NCBI GenBank assembly: GCA_964016885.1
Contig: OZ024742.1
Coordinates: 29,636,001 to 29,700,000 of the forward strand
DNA from: Eledone cirrhosa
Lineage: Eukaryota
Direction of reading: 5' to 3'
DNA length: 64,000 nucleotides
Shown: positions 27,187 through 40,400 of the stretch, piece after piece
How the letters are laid out: the number at the start of each line of letters is the position of its first letter
How positions within the stretch are numbered: the first letter of the stretch is position 1
The notes under the pieces: model-generated
Seen by the model: the letters and a program-made list of their open reading frames with translations, nothing else
Databases searched by the model: none
Told to the model about the DNA's origin: nothing
Position numbers and translations under genes: made by a program

Positions 27187-27248
<62 letters not shown>

Positions 27249-27295
27249 GTATGTATATAAATATATAAATATATATATATACACATATATATACG

Positions 27296-27339
<44 letters not shown>

Positions 27340-27394
27340 CTACTGTACGTCTGTATACATATATTTTTGTATATATATATATATAGACATAAAT

Positions 27395-28395
27395 ATATGT
27401 ATACAGACGTACAGTAATATGTATATATATACATACATACACACATATATATATATGCCCGTATCGGTTTACCGAACATTTATTATAAGCCCGAATTACG
27501 CCGTACAGTGTTTAGCAACCATCGTTGCCCTTTTGTTCAACACTGACAAAGGAAGGATGTACTAGTTTCAAGCTTATTACCTATCGTCAGCACCGTATAC
27601 CTTCCTGCCAGATGATTGAACGTCTGAAAGTATATACTTTCCCTATTCATATTAACCGCTGAGCAGCCTCATTTGCATATCGAGTGAGTTAATCGCCGAG
27701 CGCACCGAGAACGATAAATGGAAAAAATGAAACGAAATTTCATTACTCACTCTTAGTACGGCTGTTACTTAAATGTAACAAACCGAGCATTATAATAAAT
27801 GTTCGGTAAATTCATACGTACCTATATATATAGGTGTGCATGTATGTATATATATACATACTACTGTACGTCTCTATGCATATATTTATGTACGTATACA
27901 TACTTAACTTTAAGTAACAGCCTTACTAAAGGTGAGAAATGAAATTTCGTTTCATTTTTTCCATTTATCCTTTTCGGTGCGCCCGGCCAATTAACTCAGT
28001 CGATATGCAAATTAGGCTGCTCAGCCGTTAATATGCATAAGGAAAGTATATACTTTCAGACGTTCAATCATCTGGCAGGAAGGTATACGGTGCTGACGAT
28101 AGCTAATAAACTTGAAACTAGTACATCGTTCCTTTGTCAGTGTTGAACAAAAGGGCAGCGATGGTTGCTAAACACTGTACGGCTTAATCCGGGATGTTTG
28201 TTTACAAACAAACCGAGCATTATAATAAATGTTCGTAAATCCATGCGTACATATATATATGTGTGCATGTATGTATATATATACATACTACTGTACGTCT
28301 GTATACATATATGTATGTACGTATACATACTTATATTTAAGTAACAGCCGTACTAAGAGTGAGAAATTAAATTTCGTTTCATTTTTTCCATTTAT
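27395..28395. mobile_element. Retrozyme-like element: ~430-bp monomer, ~1.4 tandem copies (+) plus one inverted diverged monomer (-)
   Basis: 'acaaaccgagcattataataaatgttcg' at 27778 and 28208; 'tttaagtaacagcc' at 27909 and 28336. 27395-27772 is an inverted monomer. Hammerheads at 27556-27594(-) and 28088-28128(+). Confidence 0.8.
28088..28128 (+). ncRNA. Minimal type I hammerhead ribozyme
   Basis: cggtg-CTGACGA-tagctaataaactt-GAAA-ctag-TA-catcg; stem II is weak in this copy and better in the inverted copy. Confidence 0.7.
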
Positions 28396-28538
28396 ATATA
28401 CATATATATATACATATATATGTGTGTATATATCTATATGTGTGTGTACATATATATATATATACAAATATATATACTCACATATACACTCACACATGCA
28501 TATGTACATACATACATGCATACATACATACATACATG

Positions 28539-28608
<70 letters not shown>

Positions 28609-28737
28609 TCGTCGCTAACTGCCTTTCTGTGTGTATAGAAGTGTTGAGTGCTTGCTTGTATGTTTGTGTAAATCGGTGTTGGAAGAATGTATGTAGATTA
28701 TATATGTAGATGTGTATAACTAGTTATATATAATTAT

Positions 28738-30616
28738 ACTTATATAATATTGTGTATAAGTAACTATATATGTACCTATATAATATTGTGTATAAGTAGC
28801 TATATATGTACCTATATAATATTGTGTATAAGTAGCTATATATGTACCTGTATGATATTGTGTATATGTAGCTATATATGTACCTATATAATATTGTGTA
28901 TAAGTAGCTATATATGCAGCTATATAATATTGTGTATAAGTAACTATATATGTACCTATATCATATTGTGTATAAGTAGCTATATATGTACCTATATAAT
29001 ATTGTGTATAAGTAACTATATATGTACCTATATAATATTGTGTATAAGTAACTATATATGCACTTATATAATATTGTGTATAAGTATCTATATATGCACT
29101 CATATAATATTGTGTATAAGTAGCTATATATGCACTCATATAATATTGTGTATAAGTAGCTATATATGCACCTATATAATATTGTGTATAAGTAGCTATA
29201 TATGTACCTATATAATATTGTGTATAAGTAGCTATATATGTACCTATATGATATTGTGTATAAGTAGCTATATATGTACCTATATGATATTGTATATAAG
29301 TAGCTATATATGTACCTATATAATATTGTGTATAAGTAGCTATATATGTACCTATATAATATTGTGTATAAGTAACTATATATGCACTTATATAATATTG
29401 TGTATAAGTATCTATATATGCACTCATATAATATTGTGTATAAGTAGCTATATATGCACTCATATAATATTGTGTATAAGTAGCTATATATGCACCTATA
29501 TAATATTGTGTATAAGTAGCTATATATGTACCTATATAATATTGTGTATAAGTAGCTATATATGTACCTATATGATATTGTGTATAAGTAGCTATATATG
29601 TACCTATATAATATTGTGTATAAGTAGCTATATATGTACCTATATAATATTGTGTATAAGTAGCTATATATGTACCTATGTGATATTGTATATAAGTAGC
29701 TATATATGTACCTATATAATATTGTGTATAAGTAGCTATATATGTACCTATATAATATTGTGTATAAGTAGCTATATATGTACCTATATAATATTGTGTA
29801 TAAGTAGCTATATATGTACCTATATAATTGTTTCTACTTTAGGCACAAGGCCAGCAATTACCCAGTGCATTACTGGTACTTTATTTTATCGACCCCGTAA
29901 GGATGAAAAGCAAAGTCAACCTCGGCGGGATTTGAACTCAGATCGTAAAGGGACGTAACTATGCTGGAAAGCATGGCGTCCGACCCTCTACCGATACTGC
30001 CAATCCACCGCCCTTTATGTACCTATATAATATTGTGTATAAGTAACTATATATGTACCTATATAATATTGTGTATAAGTAGCTATATATGCACTTATAT
30101 AATATTGTGTATAAGTACCTATATATGCACCTATATTATATTGTGTATAAGTAGCTATATATGCACCTATATAATATTGTGTATAAGTAGCTATATATGC
30201 AGCTATATAATATTGTGTATAAGTAGCTATATATGTACCTATATAATATTGTGTATAAGTAGCTATATATGCACTCATATAATATTGTGTATAAGTAGCT
30301 ATATATGTACCTATATAATATTGTGTATAAGTAGCTATATATGCACCTATATAATATTGTGTATAAGTAGCTATATATGTACCTATATAATATTGTGTAT
30401 AAGTAGCTATATATGCAGCTATATAATATTGTGTATAAGTAGCTATATATGCACCTATATAATATTGTGTATAAGTAGCTATCTATGTACCTATATGATA
30501 TTGTGTATAAGTAGCTATATATGTACCTATAAGATATTGTGTATAAGTAGCTATATATGTACCTATATGATATTGTGTATAAGTAGCTATATATGTACCT
30601 ATATAATATTGTGTAT
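28738..30616. repeat. 36-bp minisatellite (~47 units) interrupted by a SINE
   Basis: Unit tgtgtataagtagctatatatgtacctatataatat. Confidence 0.95.
29830..30013 (-). mobile_element. tRNA-derived SINE
   Basis: Minus strand has A-box tggcagtatcgg, B-box gagttcaaatccc and body 'tttcatccttacggggtcgataaaataaagtacc'. Apparent 16-bp TSD tatgtacctatataat. Confidence 0.85.
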
Positions 30617-30804
30617 GACAAAAGATACGACGAAGGATCTGAGCTAATGTAGAGATTGGCAAATCGATTTGTGTATTGAAGGTTAAAGTGTTGATAATAT
30701 GACATTCTGAAGAGTATTAAATGTGGTGAGATCAGGGATGTATATCAGTGGGTCAAAATTAGAGGGGAGGATAGAAGGTGGTGTATTCTTGATGAATATT
30801 TAAA

Positions 30805-31075
30805 TCAGGTCAGGCTTCAGCCTGCTACTGGTACCATGTAATCCAGTACAACTTCCTTCATTGTCGACTGATCGGTGACTAAGCCGGCTCCTCCTCTACC
30901 TGACCCTGGTTTGGTGCGGTGGTTATGTAGAACCTGACCAACCCAACTATGAGTTAAATTCCCCCACGAGCCCACAATGGGTCAAGTGTGTTGAATACAG
31001 CTACATCCTTGGCATGGAGGTCAACCAGGGAAGGGTTCCTCCCACAGGAGTGAGAAGGCGCTCCATTGAATTGGA
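30805..31075 (+). mobile_element. Retroelement 5'-leader fragment homologous to the head of the 600-bp RTE-derived element
   Basis: caggtca...gctactggta.catgta..ccagtacaac...tcat.gtcg...gactaa matches the reverse complement of 4055-4141 and 22717-22803. Confidence 0.55.
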
Positions 31076-31414
31076 TTAGATAAATATTTATCCTTTTTGC
31101 TATGTGAAATTGTGCATAGAAAAAGTATTGAATCCTCCGTTTGTTTCAATGATGAGCATTTCATTGTTCGAGCAACTAAATGTCTTTTTTGTTAAATTAA
31201 CATTTATGGCTGAGTATTCCACAGACCATTGCATGTTTAACACAGAAACAACCCGAAACACAGAAACAACACGAAATATGGCAAGACTGGAAAATTGACT
31301 TGCATGTAAAATACGCCCAGCGAGCTGCCACATGATTTCCAATTTACTGAATTCCATTGACTAAGTTCGGACAACCCGTTGCTATGACAAATATCCCTTG
31401 TTATGGTAAAGATC

Positions 31415-34400
31415 CCTTGAGACACATGAGGCAATCAAAGTGCTCCAATGACCAAGGTCTGTTACATCTATCAATACATCGCATGTCTTGAGACAAATGG
31501 GGCAGCCAAAGTGCTCCAATGACCACAGCCAGTTACATCTATCAATACATCCCACGTCTTGTGACAGATGGGGCAACCAAAGTGCTCCAATGACCAAGGT
31601 TGGTTGCATGTGTCGGCACATCCCACGTCTTGAGACACATGAAGCAATCAAAGTGCTCCAATGACCAAAGTTAGTTGCATCTATCAATACATCGCATGTC
31701 TTGAGACACATGGGGCAGCCAAAGTGCTCCAATGACCACAGTCAGTTACATCTATCAATACATCCCAGGTCTTGAGACACATGAGGCAGCCAAAGTGCCC
31801 CAATGACCAAGGTCAGTTGCATGTGTTGACACATCCCATGTCTTGAGACACATGAGACAGCCAAAGTGCTCCAATGACCAAGGTTAGTTGCATCTATCAA
31901 TACATCCCAGGTCTTGAGACACATGAGGCAGCCAAAGTGCCCCAATGACCAAGGTTAGTTGCATGTGTCGGCACATCCCAGGTCTTGAGACACATGAAGC
32001 AGCCAAAGTGCTCCAATGACCACGGTCAGTTGCATGTGTCGGCACATCCCAGGTCTTGCGACACATGAAGCAGCCAAAGTGCTCCAATGACCAAGGTCAG
32101 TTGCATGTGTCGGCACATCCCAGGTCTTGAGACACATGAGGCAGCCAAAGTGCTCCAATGACCAGGGTCAGTTGCATGTGTCGGCACATCCCATGTCTTG
32201 AGACACATGAGGCAGCCAAAGTGCTCCAATGACCAAGGTCAGTTGCATGTGTCGGCACATCCCAGGTCTTGAGACACATGAGGCAGCCAAAGTGCTCTAA
32301 TGACCAAGGTTAGTTGAATGTGTCGGCACATTCCAGGTCTTGAGACACATGAGGCAGCCAAAGTGCTCCAATGACCAAGGTTAGTTGCATGTGTCGGCAC
32401 ATCCCAGGTCTTGAGACACATGAGGCAGCCAAAGTGCCCCAATGACCAAGGTTAGTTGCATGTGTCGGCACATCCCATGTCTTGAGACACATGAGGCAGC
32501 CAAAGTGCTCCAATGACCAAGGTCAGTTGAATGTGTCGTCACATCCCATGTCTTGAGACACATGAGGCAGCCAAAGTTCTCCAATGACCACGGTCAGTTG
32601 CATGTGTCGGCACATCCCAGGTCTTGAGACACATGAGGCAGCCAAAGTGCCCCAATGACCAAGGTTAGTTGCATGTGTCGGCACATCCCAGGTCTTGAGA
32701 CACATGAGGCAGCCAAAGTGCTCCAATGACCAAGGTCAGTTGCATGTGTCGGCACATCCCATGTCTTGAGACACATGAGGCAGCCAAAGTGCTCTAATGA
32801 CCAAGGTTAGTTGAATGTGTCGGCACATCCCATGTCTTGAGACACATGAGGGAGCCAAAGTGCCCCAATGACCAAGGTTAGTTGAATGTGTCGGCACATC
32901 CCAGGTCTTGAGACACATGAGGCAACCAAAGTGCTCTAATGACCACGGTCAGTTGCATGTGTCGGCACATCCCATGTCTTGAGACACATGAGGCAGCCAA
33001 AGTGCTCTAATGACCACGGTCAGTTGCATATGTCGGCACATCCCATGTCTTGAGACACATGAGGCAGCCAAAGTGCTCTAATGACCACGGTCAGTTGCAT
33101 GTGTCGGCACATCCCATGTCTTGAGACACATGAGGCAGCCAAAGTGCTCCAATGACCAAGGTCAGTTGCATGTGTCGGCACATCCCATGTCTTGAGACAC
33201 ATGAGGCAGCCAAAGTGCTCTAATGACCAAGGTTAGTTGAATGTGTCGGCACATCCCAGGTCTTGAGACACATGAGGCAGCCAAAGTGCTCCAATGACCA
33301 AGGTCAGTTGCATGTGTCGGCACATCCCAGGTCTTGAGACACATGAGGCAGCCAAAGTGCTCCAATGACCAAGGTTAGTTGCATGTGTCGGCACATCCCG
33401 GGTCTTGAGACACATGAGGCAGCCAAAGTGCTCCAATGACCAAGGTCAGTTGCATGTGTCGGCACATCCCATGTCTTGAGACACATGAGGCAGCCAAAGT
33501 GCCCCAATGACCAAGGTTAGTTGCATGTGTCGGCACATCCCATGTCTTGAGACACATGAAGCAGCCAAAGTGCTCCAATGACCAAGGTTAGTTGCATGTG
33601 TCGGCACATCCCAGGTCTTGAGACACATGAGGCAGCCAAAGTGCCCCAATGACCAAGGTTAGTTGCATGTGTCGGCACATCCCAGGTCTTGAGACACATG
33701 AGGCAGCCAAAGTGCTCCAATGACAAAGGTCAGTTGCATGTGTCGGCACATCCCAGGTCTTGAGACACATGAGGCTGCCAAAGTGCTCTAATGACCAAGG
33801 TTAGTTGAATGTGTCGTCACATCCCATGTCTTGAGACACATGAGGCAGCCAAAGTGCTCCAATGACCAAGGTCAGTTGCATGTGTCGGCACATCCCAGGT
33901 CTTGAGACACATGAGGCAGCCAAAGTGCTCTAATGACCACGGTCAGTTGAATGTGTCGTCACATCCCATGTCTTGAGACACATGAGGCAGCCAAAGTGCT
34001 CTAATGACCACCGTCAGTTGAATGTGTCGTCACATCCCATGTCTTGAGACACATGAGGCAGCCAAAGTGCTCCAATGACCAAGGTTAGTTGAATGTGTCG
34101 TCACATCCCATGTCTTGAGACACATGAAGCAGCCAAAGTGCTCTAATGACCACGGTCAGTTGAATGTGTCGTCACATCCCATGTCTTGAGACACATGAGG
34201 CAGCCAAAGTGCTCCAATGACCAAGGTTAGTTGAATGTGTCGTCACATCCCATGTCTTGAGACACATGAAGCAGCCAAAGTGCTCCAATGACCAAGGTTA
34301 GTTGAATGTGTCGTCACATCTCATGTCTTGAGACACATGAAGCAGCCAAAGTGCTCTAATGACCACGGTCAGTTGAATGTGTCGTCACATCCCATGTCTT

Positions 34401-37400
34401 GAGACACATGAGGCAGCCAAAGTGCTCCAATGACCAAGGTTAGTTGAATGTGTCGGCACATCCCATGTCTTGAGACACATGAGGCAGCCAAAGTGCTCTA
34501 ATGACCAAGGTTAGTTGAATGTGTCGTCACATCCCATGTCTTGAGACACATGAGGCAGCCAAAGTGCTCCAATGACCAAGGTCAGTTGCATGTGTCGGCA
34601 CATCCCAGGTCTTGAGACACATGAGGCAGTCAAAGTGCTCCAATGACCAATGTCAGTTGCATGTGTCGTCACATCCCATGTCTTGAGACACATGAGGCAG
34701 CCAAAGTGCTCCAATGACCAAGGTTAGTTGAATGTGTCGTCACATCCCATGTCTTGAGACACATGAAGCAGCCAAAGTGCCCCAATGACCAAGGTTAGTT
34801 GAATGTGTCGTCACATCCCATGTCTTGAGACACATGAGGCAGCCAAAGTGCTCCAATGACCAAGGTCAGTTGCATGTGTCGGCACATCCCAGGTCTTGAG
34901 ACACATGAGGCAGCCAAAGTGCTCCAATGACCAAGCTCAGTTGCATGTGTCGTCACATCCCAGGTCTTGAGACACATGAAGCAGCCAAAGTGCTCCAATG
35001 ACCACGGTCAGTTGCATGTGTCGGCACATCCCATGTCTTGAGATACATGAAGCAGCCAAAGTGCTCTAATGACCAAGGTTAGTTGCATGTGTCGGCACAT
35101 CCCAGGTCTTGAGACCCATGACGCAGCCAAAGTGCTCTAATGACCAAGGTTAGTTGCATGTGTCGGCACATCCCATGTCTTGAGACACATGAGGCAGCCA
35201 AAGTGCTCCAATGACCACGGTCAGTTGCATGTGTCGTCACATCCCATGTCTTGAGACACATGAGGCAGCCAAAGTGCTCCAATGACCAAGGTTAGTTGCA
35301 TGTGTCGGCACATCCCATGTCTTGAGACAAATGGGGCAGACAAAGTGCTCCAATGACCACAGCCAGTTACATCTATCAATACATCCCACGTCTTGTGACA
35401 GATGGGGCAACCAAAGTGCTCCAATGACCAAGGTTGGTTGCATGTGTCGGCACATCCCACGTCTTGAGACACATGAAGCAATCAAAGTGCTCCAATGACG
35501 AAGGTTAGTTGCATCTATCAATACATCCCAGGTCTTGAGACACATGAGGCAGCCAAAGTGCCCCAATGACCAAGGTTAGTTGCATGTGTCGGCACATCCC
35601 AGGTCTTGAGACACATGAAGCAGCCAAAGTGCTCCAATGACCACGGTCAGTTGCATGTGTCGGCACATCCCAGGTCTTGAGACACATGAAGCAGCCAAAG
35701 TGCTCCAATGACCAAGGTCAGTTGCATGTGTCGGCACATCCCAGGTCTTGAGACACATGAGGCAGCCAAAGTGCTCCAATGACCAAGGTCAGTTGCATGT
35801 GTCGGCACATCCCATGTCTTGAGACACATGAGGCAGCCAAAGTGCTCCAATGACCAAGGTCAGTTGCATGTGTCGGCACATCCCAGGTCTTGAGACACAT
35901 GAGGCAGCCAAAGTGCTCTAATGACCAAGGTTAGTTGAATGTGTCGGCACATTCCAGGTCTTGAGACACATGAGGCAGCCAAAGTGCTCCAATGACCAAG
36001 GTTAGTTGCATGTGTCGGCACATCCCAGGTCTTGAGACACATGAGGCAGCCAAAGTGCCCCAATGACCAAGGTTAGTTGCATGTGTCGGCACATCCCATG
36101 TCTTGAGACACATGAGGCAGCCAAAGTGCTCCAATGACCAAGGTCAGTTGAATGTGTCGTCACATCCCATGTCTTGAGACACATGAGGCAGCCAAAGTGC
36201 TCTAATGACCACGGTCAGTTGCATGTGTCGGCACATCCCATGTCTTGAGACACATGAGGCAGCCAAAGTGCTCTAATGACCACGGTCAGTTGCATGTGTC
36301 GGCACATCCCATGTCTTGAGACACATGAGGCAGCCAAAGTGCTCCAATGACCAAGGTCAGTTGCATGTGTCGGCACATCCCATGTCTTGAGACACATGAG
36401 GCAGCCAAAGTGCTCTAATGACCAAGGTTAGTTGAATGTGTCGGCACATCCCAGGTCTTGAGACACATGAGGCAGCCAAAGTGCTCCAATGACCAAGGTT
36501 AGTTGCATGTGTCGGCACATCCCAGGTCTTGAGACACATGAGGCAGCCAAAGTGCCCCAATGACCAAGGTTAGTTGCATGTGTCGGCACATCCCATGTCT
36601 TGAGACACATGAAGCAGCCAAAGTGCTCCAATGACCAAGGTTAGTTGCATGTGTCGGCACATCCCAGGTCTTGAGACACATGAGGCAGCCAAAGTGCCCC
36701 AATGACCAAGGTTAGTTGCATGTGTCGGCACATCCCAGGTCTTGAGACACATGAGGCAGCCAAAGTGCTCTAATGACCAAGGTTAGTTGAATGTGTCGTC
36801 ACATCCCATGTCTTGAGACACATGAGGCAGCCAAAGTGCTCCAATGACCAAGGTCAGTTGCATGTGTCGGCACATCCCAGGTCTTGAGACACATGAGGCA
36901 GCTAAAGTGCTCTAATGACCACGGTCAGTTGCATGTGTCGTCACATCCCATGTCTTGAGACACATGAGGCAGCCAAAGTGCTCCAATGACCAAGGTTAGT
37001 TGAATGTGTCGTCACATCCCATGTCTTGAGACACATGAAGCAGCCAAAGTGCTCCAATGACCAAGGTTAGTTGAATGTGTCGTCACATCCCATGTCTTGA
37101 GACACATGAGGCAGCCAAAGTGCTCTAATGACCACCGTCAGTTGAATGTGTCGTCACATCCCATGTCTTGAGACACATGAGGCAGCCAAAGTGCTCTAAT
37201 GACCAAGGTTAGTTGCATGTGTCGGCACATCCCATGTCTTGAGAAACATGAAGCGGCCAAAGTGCTCTAATGACCACGGTCAGTTGAATGTGTCGTCACA
37301 TCCCATGTCTTGAGACACATGAGGCAGCCAAAGTGCTCCAATGACCAAGGTTAGTTGAATGTGTCGTCACATCCCATGTCTTGAGACACATGAAGCAGCC

Positions 37401-40400
37401 AAAGTGCTCTAATGACCACGGTCAGTTGAATGTGTCGTCACATCCCATGTCTTGAGACACATGAGGCAGCCAAAATGCTCCAATGACCAAGGTTAGTTGA
37501 ATGTGTCGTCACATCCCATGTCTTGAGACACATGAAGCAGCCAAAGTGCTCCAATGACCAAGGTTAGTTGAATGTGTCGTCACATCCCATGTCTTGAGAC
37601 ACATGAAGCAGCCAAAGTGCTCTAATGACCACGGTCAGTTGAATGTGTCGTCACATCCCAGGTCTTGAGACACATGACGCAGCCAAAGTGCTCTAATGAC
37701 CAAGGTTAGTTGCATGTGTCGGCACATCCCAGGTCTTGAGACACATGAGGCAGCCAAAGTGCTCCAATGACCACGGTCAGTTGTATGTGTCGTCACATCC
37801 CATGTCTTGAGACACATGAGGCAGCCAAAGTGCTCCAATGACCAAGGTAAGTTGCATGTGTCGGCACATCCCAGGTCTTGAGACACATGAGGCAGCCAAA
37901 GTGCTCCAATGACCAAGGTTAGTTGCATGTGTCGGCACATCCCATGTCTTGAGACACATGAGGCAGCCAAAGTGCCCCAATGACCAAGGTTAGTTGAATG
38001 TGTCGGCACATCCCAGGTCTTGAGACACATGAGGCAGCCAAAGTGCTCTAATGACCACGGTCAGTTGCATGTGTCGGCACATCCCAGGTCTTGAGACACA
38101 TGACGCAGCCAAAGTGCCCCAATGACCAAGGTTAGTTGAATGTGTCGGCACATCCCAGGTGTTGAGACACATGAGGCAGCCAAAGTGCTCTAATGACCAC
38201 GGTCAGTTGCATGTGTCGGCACATCCCATGTCTTGAGACACATGAGGCAGCCAAAGTGCTCTAATGACCACGGTCAGTTGCATGTGTCGGCACATCCCAT
38301 GTCTTGAGACACATGAGGCAGCCAAAGTGCTCTAATGACCACGGTCAGTTGCATGTGTCGGCACATCCCATGTCTTGAGACACATGAGGCAGCCAAAGTG
38401 CTCCAATGACCGAGGTCAGTTGCATGTGTCGGCACATCCCATGTCTTGAGACACATGAGGCAGCCAAAGTGCTCTAATGACCAAGGTTAGTTGAATGTGT
38501 CGGCACATCCCAGGTCTTGAGACACATGAGGCAGCCAAAGTGCTCCAATGACCAAGGTTAGTTGCATGTGTCGGCACATCCCAGGTCTTGAGACACATGA
38601 GGCAGCCAAAGTGCCCCAATGACCAAGGTTAGTTGCATGTGTCGGCACATCCCATGTCTTGAGACACATGAAGCAGCCAAAGTGCTCCAATGACCAAGGT
38701 TAGTTGCATGTGTCGGCACATCCCAGGTCTTGAGACACATGAGGCAGCCAAAGTGCCCCAATGACCAAGGTTAGTTGCATGTGTCGGCACATCCCAGGTC
38801 TTGAGACACATGAGGCAGCCAAAGTGCTCTAATGACCAAGGTTAGTTGAATGTGTCGTCACATCCCATGTCTTGAGACACATGAGGCAGCCAAAGTGCTC
38901 CAATGACCAAGGTCAGTTGCATGTGTCGGCACATCCCAGGTCTTGAGACACATGAGGCAGCCAAAGTGCTCTAATGACCACGGTCAGTTGCATGTGTCGT
39001 CACATCCCATGTCTTGAGACACATGAGGCAGCCAAAGTGCTCCAATGACCAAGGTTAGTTGAATGTGTCGTCACATCCCATGTCTTGAGACACATGAAGC
39101 AGCCAAAGTGCTCCAATGACCAAGGTTAGTTGAATGTGTCGTCACATCCCATGTCTTGAGACACATGAGGCAGCCAAAGTGCTCTAATGACCACCGTCAG
39201 TTGAATGTGTCGTCACATCCCATGTCTTGAGACACATGAGGCAGCCAAAGTGCTCTAATGACCAAGGTTAGTTGCATGTGTCGGCACATCCCATGTCTTG
39301 AGAAACATGAAGCGGCCAAAGTGCTCTAATGACCACGGTCAGTTGAATGTGTCGTCACATCCCATGTCTTGAGACACATGAGGCAGCCAAAGTGCTCCAA
39401 TGACCAAGGTTAGTTGAATGTGTCGTCACATCCCATGTCTTGAGACACATGAAGCAGCCAAAGTGCTCTAATGACCACGGTCAGTTGAATGTGTCGTCAC
39501 ATCCCATGTCTTGAGACACATGAGGCAGCCAAAGTGCTCCAATGACCAAGGTTAGTTGAATGTGTCGTCACATCCCATGTCTTGAGACACATGAAGCAGC
39601 CAAAGTGCTCCAATGACCAAGGTTAGTTGAATGTGTCGTCACATCCCATGTCTTGAGACACATGAAGCAGCCAAAGTGCTCTAATGACCACGGTCAGTTG
39701 AATGTGTCGTCACATCCCATGTCTTGAGACACATGAGGCAGCCAAAGTGCTCCAATGACCAAGGTTAGTTGAATCTGTCGGCACATCCCATGTCTTGAGA
39801 CACATGAGGCAGCCAAAGTGCTCTAATGACCAAGGTTAGTTGAATGTGTCGTCACATCCCATGTCTTGAGACACATGAGGCAGCCAAAGTGCTCCAATGA
39901 CCAAGGTCAGTTGCATGTGTCGGCACATCCCAGGTCTTGAGACACATGAGGCAGCCAAAGTGCTCCAATGACCAATGTCAGTTGCATGTGTCGTCACATC
40001 CCATGTCTTGAGACACATGAGGCAGCCAAAGTGCTCCAATGACCAAGGTTAGTTGAATGTGTCGTCACATCCCATGTCTTGAGACACATGAAGCAGCCAA
40101 AGTGCCCCAATGACCAAGGTTAGTTGAATGTGTCGTCACATCCCATGTCTTGAGACACATGAGGCAGCCAAAGTGCTCCAATGACCACGGTCAGTTGCAT
40201 GTGTCGTCACATCCCATGTCTTGAGACACATGAGGCAGCCAAAGCGCTCCAATGACCAAGGTCAGTTGCATGTGTCGGCACATCCCAGGTCTTGAGACAC
40301 ATGAGGCAGCCAAAGTGCTCCAATGACCAAGGTCAGTTGCATGTGTCGTCACATCCCAGGTCTTGAGACACATGAAGCAGCCAAAGTGCTCCAATGACCA

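Noticed and set aside
28750-30647. 402-aa and 228-aa Cys/Tyr/Ile repeat proteins
   Set aside because: These are 36-bp minisatellite read-throughs running into a SINE; there is no evidence of a gene.
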